Positions 24,230-33,472 of a stretch of DNA of 64,000 nt are shown here, one piece after another. Location of the stretch: NCBI GenBank assembly GCA_937625935.1, contig OW569366.1, positions 1 to 64,000 of the forward strand, given 5' to 3'. Numbering within the stretch: position 1 is the first letter of the stretch; every line of letters starts with the position of its first letter. The notes under the pieces are model-generated. The model had not been told where the DNA came from, ran no database searches, and was given only the letters and a program-made list of their open reading frames with translations. The translations under genes were made by a program, and so were the position numbers. This DNA comes from Tetramitus jugosus (lineage: Eukaryota > Protista > Heterolobosea).

Positions 24230-25153
24230 ATGTCTGAATTTAATCTTTCTCCTGTTGAAACAACTCCCATGTACAACTCTGAAAAAGGATCTAATTCTCA
24301 AGAGATGCCCACTGAAACCGGACTCATCGAAGCCTTTCAGATCACTTCTGAAGTAAATTTTGGGGACTTCGGGGAAATGAAGGAATCATCTACCGATCCC
24401 CAGTTTGTGTTGGCACAGAAAAGAACATTTTCGCATTTTCGTGCTTTTCAAGACTTGCAGAGTACTGCTGATTTCAAGATGCCGTTGGTGAAGAGGGCAA
24501 AATTTTACAAGGAGCAGTCTGTCAAAGATTTTATGAACCAAACTAATCGCAAATTTGAAAAGATCCAAGAGGAACTGCAAACAATTCAAGAGAGGTTGAA
24601 GGAACAAGAGAGAACCAATCAAGCGAAGTTGAAGCAACAAGAAAGAATCAATCAGAATGTCCAAGAAGAACTGCAAGTGCAAGAGAGTATCAATCAAATA
24701 ATTCAAGAGAAACTGCAAGCAACTCAAGAGAAGTTGAAGGAACAAGTGAGAATCAATCTGAAGATACAAGAGAAGCTTCAAGAGAAAAATAATAAGATCT
24801 GCTCCCTAGAGGACTGTTTCGCCATTCACAACAAACGCTTCATTTTCGAGAAACAGGTTGCTCTCAACACCTGTGAAACGGAACGAAAAGTGCTAGATCT
24901 AGTGATCGAAGTCATGGCTGAACATGAGGTTCAATCTATTGCGTCGGACTCCCAATCAATGAGTGGCTTTTTAAACCTTCTCCGTGGTCGCTTGGAAGGA
25001 TTGATCCAGGTCAGCGTTGATGTTGAAGCCAGAAAAATCCTTGGGACATTTGGAGTTATGGACCTTCAACAGACTGGTTACAGAAGAGTGGAATTTGCAA
25101 AGGCGTTATCTGACTTATTGTTCAAGTCCTGTTCTCAAAACCTCTCACAGTGA
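24230..25153 (+). CDS. Hypothetical protein with internal coiled-coil repeats
   Basis: Open 307-aa ORF with ATG after an A-rich leader; repeated LKEQERxNQ / IQEKLQ units. Confidence 0.6.
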   Translation: MSEFNLSPVETTPMYNSEKGSNSQEMPTETGLIEAFQITSEVNFGDFGEMKESSTDPQFVLAQKRTFSHFRAFQDLQSTADFKMPLVKRAKFYKEQSVKDFMNQTNRKFEKIQEELQTIQERLKEQERTNQAKLKQQERINQNVQEELQVQESINQIIQEKLQATQEKLKEQVRINLKIQEKLQEKNNKICSLEDCFAIHNKRFIFEKQVALNTCETERKVLDLVIEVMAEHEVQSIASDSQSMSGFLNLLRGRLEGLIQVSVDVEARKILGTFGVMDLQQTGYRRVEFAKALSDLLFKSCSQNLSQ

Positions 25154-27869
25154 TCAATCACAATGCGCCAATTGGGGAAGTTGGCCGAGTCAAAGACTTA
25201 GTAAACGTTAATACTTAAATACAAAAGCAACAACAAACACAACTCTATCGAGTATCATTTAAGGAGAAGGGTTTATTACAAGAAACATTCCATACCGTGT
25301 CTCAGTGCGAGGTTAGTTGAAAACTTGTGATGTAGCTTGAAGCACAATGAAATCGCGAGTAAAAGAAGAGCGATTCCTGCAACAACTCTACTTATCAGTC
25401 TTCACTATCAAGAGTTAATATACAACACATGAGCTCCCTCTTCCTGAGGAAACCATCATCATTGCTCTGTCTGTAGCGCCAAGTTGCTTGTGTTGTGTCT
25501 GTTTTCAATAGTGTTGATATTATGCATTGGATCAGATTGGCGCAGGTATGACTTTTGTGCCACAATTGATGTTGGTCAGTTACACTTCTGAAAGACCACC
25601 AGGGAGATGATCCCAAACTTGCGGTACTTGGGCAAAGTGCAAGTGTACGAATGACTGAGTCGAGGGAGAGACAAGACCCTGAGAGGGAGAGAAACCCAAG
25701 CCCAGAATGGATGGGTCAATCAAACTCTGACAGGAGTCAAGGTTTTTCTGGCTATGTGTTGATTCTTTCTGTTCATGAGTATTTTCTAACTGTTATCGAT
25801 TTGTGAAGTTGGGTATTTGGTTATGTTCATTAATTGAGCTATGAACATGGTAGTGGACGATGTGATATTGTGAGTGAAGGACCAGAAGAACCACACGTGC
25901 ACTGCAAAAGGTCAAACTTAAACAACTTTCTCATTGGTACCGGAACCAGAATCAGAATGAGGAACGCAATAGCACCGGGTGTCCAAGTAACAACATAGAC
26001 ACATCTCAGCATACACCCTGAAGAGTATCAGTAACGATATGGAACATTGGGACCTTGAATATAAATGGATGGGAAATATCTGGCGGCTGACTCTATCAGC
26101 GAACTGAATGTCATCAAATCCAATCGGACCAACAAACAGGAACAATGCAGAAGATGCTTTATGTTGAGTCAATCTCAATACTTTCTGCCCAAATATCTCG
26201 TCTTAGAATCGAGTAACGAGAGAATAAAGGATACAACAGTATTACACTGAGTGCATACGGCAAGAATGATGATTTTCTTATGGGTGGACGAAATTGAGGT
26301 GACGCACAATTCGTCGGACGAAAAGGCTTAAAAAGGCATTAACCTCTAGCCTGACCGGTCAAGTCTTCCCAAAAACCGCAGTAATTTTCTCAATTGTCAG
26401 AACAGTGTCGGAACTCACCGTGCAAGGAGCCAAGAAACAAAAACCAATAGAGCAAATTACCAGAACAACACAATAGCACCAATGCATTTGTCTCACTCTC
26501 GCTATGGTCACTCAAGCAGTGTCATTGGTCACAGTGTTTACATTTTTGGTGGTCTTCTGTTGGATGACAACAGCAAACAATTAACAACTTCCAATGATTT
26601 GCTCAAGTATGATGTGGACGCTTCTTCTGCTTTGCCAAATACGATGACAATTACCATTTCTCACAGCAGCCTGACAAAGATTGAACCAAGTACTGGAGTG
26701 GCTCCCATGCGCAATTTTCACTCCTCTGTTGTTTACAATGATTGCCTCTATGTATTCGGTGGAAAGAGCAATGGCTACTTTTCTGATGTGCACATGTATG
26801 ACCCCTTAACCAATTCATGGGCAAGATTGAATACCACGAATGAGAATGGGACAGAGAGTAATGCTCCGTCCAATCGATATGCACAGACCGCTGCCATGAT
26901 CAACAATCAAATGTTTGTGTTTGGTGGTTATGATCACAATGGCTATTGCTGCAATAATTTGTTTGCTTTGAATCTGGATACGCTACAATGGAGATCTATT
27001 GCTTTACAGCTCAATGGAAGTGATAGTGTTCATCTCGAGGGACGTTTTCATCATACGATGCTTGCCTTGGACAATCGTTTTCTGTTGATTCATGGAGGAA
27101 CGAATGGCAAACGTGACATCTTGGATGATTTGACTGTGATTGATGTTGAGAATCAGCAATGGCATCGAGTGAACATTCAAGACTCCTGGAAAGCTACATT
27201 TGCAAGAAATGGTCATGTTTCTTTCTTGGTGAATCACCATGACGATGAGAATCATGAAGAATATTATTTGCACATTGTTGGAGGCTGTACGAGTAACAAA
27301 AATTTGTTCAAGGAGTCATTCTTTGTCACTCTGAACAAGGACTTAACTCAAGGTATCATCACAGACACGTCTGGTCAGATGTGTGACATGTCTCCTCCAG
27401 TGGATGACTATGTTGTTGATCCATCTGTCGTGCAGTGCTCTCCTTTCTATTGCACAGTCAGTGGTATCAATGGTCTAAATAGTGAAGCCGATTTCTCTGT
27501 TGCATTCTTTGGAGGCACAACCAAAATTTTCACCACTGAACAAACAGCTGTTTCTCCTGTCAGTCAAGAGAAAAAGAAGGCAATCATCGATCAGAGTGTC
27601 ATTGATCTCATTCACCAACTGCCAAGTGATGCAGCACTTGTTATTTTATCCTTTTTGGAAATGAGTGACTGGATGAATATTCGACTCGTTTCCAAAACAC
27701 GTAAGTTTTTCGAACTGACTGAACACAACCTGCTCTGGACATCTGTGTTCCACTCTGTGATCAATCATCCAAAATATGAACCAATTTTGAAGGGTGTCTC
27801 AGGACGAATCGCTGATGCGGTCAACTATAGAAACAAGTTGTTGATTCTGAGAAAGGCTCATATGAAGTA

Positions 27870-28287
27870 GCGGAAATCTTAAAAGCAGGAAGGGAAACCT
27901 TATGCGCAGTAAACCTGAGAAACAGTAACTTTACTGCCAGGAAAGCAGTAAAATAGTTAACGTATCTGCAATCAACAGATACGAAAGCTAAAAACAATAT
28001 CAAGATCGTTTCTAATTTAATGAATAAACAACAGCTTCGCTCCTACATATCCAACAATTTCAACCGTATACGCTTCATTACTCTTCAGTATGATGATGAC
28101 GAATTAGAAAGAATTAGAGTACGACATTCCCCAACACAGCTCTCTGATATGCGTAGTAGAAGCAAGTAGTAGTTTTGCTTTATAAAATTTCTGCTTTTCA
28201 TCTTTTATGACTGCCTTTCAGTCAGTAAAGTTACTGCTTTTCAAAATTCCTGTTTTTCCGTTTCCGTTACTGCCTTTCATCTCCCTG
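27870..28287. mobile_element. 418-bp non-autonomous DNA transposon (MITE, Mutator-like) with 11-bp TSD
   Basis: Flanked by identical catatgaagta at 27859-27869 and 28288-28298. Imperfect long terminal inverted repeats with a perfect 14-bp core (cagtaactttactg 27923-27936 / cagtaaagttactg 28223-28236) placed symmetrically ~52 bp from each end. No coding capacity. Confidence 0.85.
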
Positions 28288-28494
28288 CATATGAAGTACA
28301 TGGCCAAACTGGTTTCGAAAAGAATTGCTTCAATGCAATCAAAACAACCTGTTTTGAAATCCCCAAATCATAAGTACTATGGCCTGGACAAATTGAACGC
28401 TTTCTTCAACCAGTTCTAATCGCAGAAGTCTCATGAACAATTTTTTGGAACCTATGATCCTAACGAATCATTTACCTCAAAAACCATATATACC

Positions 28495-29097
28495 ATGAAG
28501 GCTCAAGGTAATATCAAAGTTGTGGTTGTTGGAGATGGAGCCACGGGAAAAACTTCTCTGTTGATTAGAGCAGTCACAGGCGCTTTTCCATACGAATACA
28601 TTCCCACAGTGTTCGATAACTATACAACGACCGTTGGTTGGTATGGTACAAGAAAGGTTACCTTTTGGGACACGGCAGGACCTGAGGGATATGATAGACT
28701 CGGACCACTCCTCAGCTATCCATGCACAAATGTTTTCCTATTGTGTTTCTCTGTGGTCAACATATGCAGTTTTGAAAATGTTGCAACTAAGTGGTTGCCT
28801 GAATTGATGAATTATTGTCCTCAAGCAGTAGTTGTGCTCATGGGCACCAAAGTTGATCTAAGAGATTCTTCAGAAATGCTAGCAAATCTCAGAGCAGAGA
28901 GCTTGGAGCCCATAACCGTAGAGGAAGGCGAAGCAATGGCCAAACATCACAACTGTCTCATGTACACTGAAACGAGTGCCCTCAAAGGTCTCAACTGTGG
29001 AACCGAATTTTATGAAATGCTTGTCAAGAGTTCTCTAATGGGTCTTCATTTGAACAACTCCTCCGGTAGAAAAGAAAAGAAGTGTGTCGTGTGTTAA
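28495..29097 (+). CDS. Rho/Rac-family GTPase ORF (C-terminal module of the fusion; could be translated alone)
   Basis: All G-box motifs, a Rho insert and a CAAX box. G3 reads DTAGPEGY instead of DTAGQEDY. Confidence 0.75.
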   Translation: MKAQGNIKVVVVGDGATGKTSLLIRAVTGAFPYEYIPTVFDNYTTTVGWYGTRKVTFWDTAGPEGYDRLGPLLSYPCTNVFLLCFSVVNICSFENVATKWLPELMNYCPQAVVVLMGTKVDLRDSSEMLANLRAESLEPITVEEGEAMAKHHNCLMYTETSALKGLNCGTEFYEMLVKSSLMGLHLNNSSGRKEKKCVVC

Positions 29098-29226
29098 CCT
29101 TTAGAATACTCTTCGTTGCTGCCAATGGTAAATAAAGCGGTTGTCTGTTGTGTATCGGATGAATTTTTCGCTCACGTTCACATCACACAAAAACACGTTG
29201 CACGAACAAAAATCCACCGTAAAACA

Positions 29227-30879
29227 ATGAACATTCGCTTGTTCTCATCCCTTCGTAAACAGAACAACACCAACACCACGCATGCCGCAACAAACAATGA
29301 TGATGATGACTCCACAATCAGCAGCAGCAGCAGTTCTAGTGATGATGAAAGTTGTGACGAAGCCATTAGCATGATCAGTAATCCAATCATGATGCCTACC
29401 AGTCAAAGCTCACCTCATCCTCATGACGCGTCAACAACATCCACTACTACTGCTCATCCACAACAACAACAACAACAAAATGCATCAAGCAGTAGTCACA
29501 TCTCACCCACTGCTTTTTTTTTTTCTCATAAAATGAATCAAAGTCGTCAAAACAACAACAACCATACTACTAAGAAGAATACGAATAGGAACAAGAAACA
29601 GCATTCTGTACATGATGCTGATGCTGATGACGATGCTTTTAATCATCATGTGAGTCCAATGAAGAGACAAATGCGAGCTCTACGAAAATCTCAACGAAAA
29701 ATTTTTAGACTTGTGAGTAGAGATACAGCTGGTCGAGGCAGCACTGGTCACTTTAATTTGATCAAGCACAATATTCCATTGTCTCAGAGGTTTGTTGCCT
29801 ATCGTGACATGTATCATGCATTGTTGAATCTCAGGTGGTACAAGTTGTTTGCGCTGTGTCTTGCTTTTTATGCATTGATTCACTTTTTTTTCGGCCTATT
29901 GTACTACTTGGGTGGCAAGGGTGGTTTGGAGAATTCGGACACGTACGACTACTGGAATTGCGTATTTTTTTCTGTTCAGACATTTTCTACGATTGGTTAT
30001 GGCAAAGTCTATCCGAGCAGTTATTACACCAATGTGATTGTTTCGATAGAGTCGTTTGTGGCCATGTTTGCAGAGTGTTTTGTGTTGAGTTTGGTGATTG
30101 GTAAGTTTACGAGACCTAGTTTACTCAAGAGACAAGTCATGTTTTCAAATGTTGCTGTGGTGAATCACAAGGACTTTGAGGGTCGAACAGATGACGAATA
30201 TCAATACTTGTCATTCCGTTTTATCAACATGCAAAAATCTCAGTTTGTTGATGCTCATTTCCGATTATTGTTGCTGCATTGGAATTATGAGGAGGAGTCG
30301 AATGATGATCCATTACTACTGGATTATGCTGGACAGCAGCAGCTACATGGAGAGGATCTTGCTCATGGTACAACGGATCCCAACATATCTGTTCCCTATC
30401 AGAGCATCAATGATCACACAGCGCTATTGAGTCATCATGTACCTCACAGTAACAACAATAACAGTAGTAACAATAGCAGTTACAATCACAAAAAGAAAAA
30501 GGGGAGGAGAGCTTTGGCACCTACTGTTTATGAACTGGACTTTCAGATCAACGTGCAAAAGGGTTTTGCAAGAACAATCGATCACGCTTCTCCAATCCTG
30601 CCTATTCCTTGGACAGTGATTCACAGAATTGATGCACACAGTCCTCTCTATCCAATGATCCAAGACAGGAAGCTGATGAGAAACATTGAAATTATTGCCA
30701 TTTATGATGCGATCGATGAAGCCACCAGTCACAACATTCAATCCCGTTTTTCATACACCAAGAACGAAATCTTCATTGGTTCGGCATTCCAGAATTGCAT
30801 GTTCCGAGAGAAGAATCGGTTTGCTGTGGATATGAAGTTTTTTGATGAGATAGTGCCTTGCAATTCACATGATATCTGA
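29227..30879 (+). CDS. Inward-rectifier potassium channel (Kir family)
   Basis: DMYHALLNLRW, FFSVQTFSTIGYG selectivity filter, KFTRP..FSNVAV, PWTVIHRIDAHSPLY. Start taken at ATG 29227. Confidence 0.92.
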   Translation: MNIRLFSSLRKQNNTNTTHAATNNDDDDSTISSSSSSSDDESCDEAISMISNPIMMPTSQSSPHPHDASTTSTTTAHPQQQQQQNASSSSHISPTAFFFSHKMNQSRQNNNNHTTKKNTNRNKKQHSVHDADADDDAFNHHVSPMKRQMRALRKSQRKIFRLVSRDTAGRGSTGHFNLIKHNIPLSQRFVAYRDMYHALLNLRWYKLFALCLAFYALIHFFFGLLYYLGGKGGLENSDTYDYWNCVFFSVQTFSTIGYGKVYPSSYYTNVIVSIESFVAMFAECFVLSLVIGKFTRPSLLKRQVMFSNVAVVNHKDFEGRTDDEYQYLSFRFINMQKSQFVDAHFRLLLLHWNYEEESNDDPLLLDYAGQQQLHGEDLAHGTTDPNISVPYQSINDHTALLSHHVPHSNNNNSSNNSSYNHKKKKGRRALAPTVYELDFQINVQKGFARTIDHASPILPIPWTVIHRIDAHSPLYPMIQDRKLMRNIEIIAIYDAIDEATSHNIQSRFSYTKNEIFIGSAFQNCMFREKNRFAVDMKFFDEIVPCNSHDI

Positions 30880-31102
30880 TCCTTTTCAGTAAAAAAAGTG
30901 TTCATCCACAAAGCAGCAACACCAATTCTTGGCTTGGTTGTATTCCCCAACAAATTCGCCCACCCGGAGAAAAAAAGCCGTGCACCATCAAAAATTCGAC
31001 TTGGGGTGAGTGAAAACCATCTTTGAACTAAACAACAACAACAAGTAACAACAACAACCCATATATAACATCACATCCTTCCATCATTCCTTTGAGTAAC
31101 TT

Positions 31103-33274
31103 ATGGTGATAACATGTCCACATTTTCAACAATTCCTCTCACAAGCGGTTCACTCCTCACGCACCCATAACAACAACAATAACAACAACAATAGTAGCAA
31201 TAGCAACAATAGTAGTATTCATACGGATCATAACACGACAGAAAAGCGTCAAAAGAAGAGAAAATTAAACAACAGCAACACATTGAGTGACTCTAGTGAA
31301 TCACATGTGATGATTTTAAAAGAATTGAATTCAATTGTCGATTCCATCATCAATAGTACCAATGATCATCACACACCACCCAATCATCACTCCAAATCTT
31401 CATCATCATCATCGTCATCTGCACAACAACAACAACAACAACAACAACGAGCTCTACTGATTCAATATATTTGTGCGCACTGTTATCACACATGTCATTC
31501 AAAATTGGAATTTGAAAAACACATGAACAATAGTACTGCTACTACTACTACTACTATGAGTAACAACAAAAAGAAGATGAAAACCGAGATGAAAGCAGAA
31601 GGAGTCATTAATGACAATAGCAATAGCAACTCTAGAGAAGGAATGTGTGATGGTAGTACTCATCAAGTTGATCATCATCATCAGCATCAGCATCACATTG
31701 CTTTTTCAGTGTCTCATCGAGAATTTTACTGCTTTTCATGTCAAGATTTTATCATGTTTGAGAATGATTGTGCAAAACTTGAGTATTTGCCATGTCTCAT
31801 GACAAGAATAGTCAAATCATCATTACACAAAAACTCATCTGGGGGTAGTGGTAGTGGTAGTGGCAATGGTAATGGTAGTAGTAGTAGTGGTGGAAATGTG
31901 GGAGAATCATCTTTAGTGGATGGATCATTGACTGCTTCACCACAAAATTCTCATGATTCAACTGTTGTTGTTGTTGTTGGCAAGGGAAGAAAACGAAAAT
32001 TGAGTGAACAGCAACAACAACAGAATTTAGCAGAAGACAGTACAGGTAGTAGTCAATCTGTGTCAAAACTACAGCGAAGAGATTGTGATGCTTATCATAC
32101 ACAGAGTCAGGCTTATATTGGACTACGAGGATTGAACAATCTGGGAAATACTTGCTTTATGAATTGTGTGTTACAGAGCTTGTGTCACAATCCATTGATT
32201 CGAAACTATTTTCTGGGAATGATCCGACCAAAGAAGGTACCTTCTTCAAGTAGTGTTGTTGTTGTTGATGGTGATGATGGTGGTGGTGATAGTGCCGGAT
32301 CAACCAAGACGATTCATTTTGAGTTGCAACGATTGATGCGTGAGATTTACAGTGGCTCTTCACAACCATTTAGTCCGCACTCCTTCTTATATAGCATGTG
32401 GAATCTTGCAGGTCATATGGCAGGGTATCAACAACAGGATGCACACGAGTTCTTGATGGCTATTCTAGATGCTGTTAGTTCGAATGATGGACTATCCGCA
32501 GAAGATGCAACCATGTTGCGCGTAGCGCCATCCATGTTTTACAACAGTATGCACAAGGATGGTGCTCGCGGTATTTTACGTGATGGTTTTACTCACAAGA
32601 GTCCCACAAATATCATTGATTTGACATTTCGAGGCGTGTTTCAATCTGATCTGATTTGCTCCTCCTGTGGACATACATCGACCACTTATGATCCATTTTT
32701 GGATATATCCCTGCAATTGAAAACGTCAGACATGGAGGAATTGACCACTTTGTCAGACTGCCTACATCGCTACACTCGAGAAGAGAACCTGGGCAGAGAT
32801 GTTTATTTTTGTGAAACATGCAAAGCAAAGCGAGCTTCTACGAAACAATTAACAGTACGATTACTGCCACAGGTTTTGTGCTTACACTTGAAGCGTTTTG
32901 CTCATGGATCATCAATGGACGTGTCCGGAAGAAGCAAAAAGTATTCATCGAACGCGAGTGGAAAGAAGATTAGTTCGTTTATTAGTTTTCCATTGGAGCT
33001 CGATATGAGTCCTTACATGTCACACTCAAAATTGCATGATCGTGCAAAAAAAGAACACGTGAACGATTCCAAGTATCACTATTCCTTATTTTCTGTGATA
33101 CAACACAAGGGATCAATGGATAGTGGTCATTATACCAGTTATATCAAACATGATAACAAGTGGTACTTGTGTGATGATTCCATGATCTATCTGGGTAGTG
33201 AGCAGGATGTGATGACCAGTCAGGCCTATCTCTTATTTTATGTGAGGAATGAACTGCAGTACAGACATTCCTAG
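31103..33274 (+). CDS. Ubiquitin-specific protease, USP22/Ubp8-like (zf-UBP + peptidase C19)
   Basis: Cys box GLNNLGNTCFMN; YQQQDAHEF; His box HKGSMDSGHYT..WYLCDD; N-terminal CPH..C..C..H..YCFSCQD zinc finger. Confidence 0.93.
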   Translation: MVITCPHFQQFLSQAVHSSRTHNNNNNNNNSSNSNNSSIHTDHNTTEKRQKKRKLNNSNTLSDSSESHVMILKELNSIVDSIINSTNDHHTPPNHHSKSSSSSSSSAQQQQQQQQRALLIQYICAHCYHTCHSKLEFEKHMNNSTATTTTTMSNNKKKMKTEMKAEGVINDNSNSNSREGMCDGSTHQVDHHHQHQHHIAFSVSHREFYCFSCQDFIMFENDCAKLEYLPCLMTRIVKSSLHKNSSGGSGSGSGNGNGSSSSGGNVGESSLVDGSLTASPQNSHDSTVVVVVGKGRKRKLSEQQQQQNLAEDSTGSSQSVSKLQRRDCDAYHTQSQAYIGLRGLNNLGNTCFMNCVLQSLCHNPLIRNYFLGMIRPKKVPSSSSVVVVDGDDGGGDSAGSTKTIHFELQRLMREIYSGSSQPFSPHSFLYSMWNLAGHMAGYQQQDAHEFLMAILDAVSSNDGLSAEDATMLRVAPSMFYNSMHKDGARGILRDGFTHKSPTNIIDLTFRGVFQSDLICSSCGHTSTTYDPFLDISLQLKTSDMEELTTLSDCLHRYTREENLGRDVYFCETCKAKRASTKQLTVRLLPQVLCLHLKRFAHGSSMDVSGRSKKYSSNASGKKISSFISFPLELDMSPYMSHSKLHDRAKKEHVNDSKYHYSLFSVIQHKGSMDSGHYTSYIKHDNKWYLCDDSMIYLGSEQDVMTSQAYLLFYVRNELQYRHS

Positions 33275-33472
33275 GTCATCGATGGGAATCATGGAGAAGT
33301 AAAACCAAAAGAATGGAATCGAATTTTGCTCAGAAATCGAACTGTCCAGCAAAAATGCATTAAAAGAAGGAGCGGAGTAATACAGCTGTTGTATTTCTGT
33401 TTGATCACACGCGAATTTTGATGTTCCATAAAGCGAGAAAGTTGTCCTATACTCATAAAACGAGAAGAGAGA

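Larger units (their letters stand above)
26482..29097 (+). pseudogene. Kelch-repeat + F-box + Rho-family GTPase fusion, interrupted by a MITE and one TAA
   Basis: Kelch repeats (RYGHSSSVIGHSVYIFGG, LYVFGG, MFVFGG, LIHGG, HIVGG); F-box IHQLPSDAALVILSFL..IRLVSK. Removing 429 bp (element plus one TSD copy) continues the frame as HMKYMAKL..., then a single TAA (28417-28419), then in frame into the Rho domain (GDGATGKT, YIPTVFDNY, DTAG, TKVD, ETSA, CAAX CVVC). Confidence 0.8.

Noticed and set aside
27867-28428. MITE acting as a spliceosomal intron (introner)
   Set aside because: The GT at 27867 paired with the AGs at 28296, 28425 or 28428 does not restore the reading frame.
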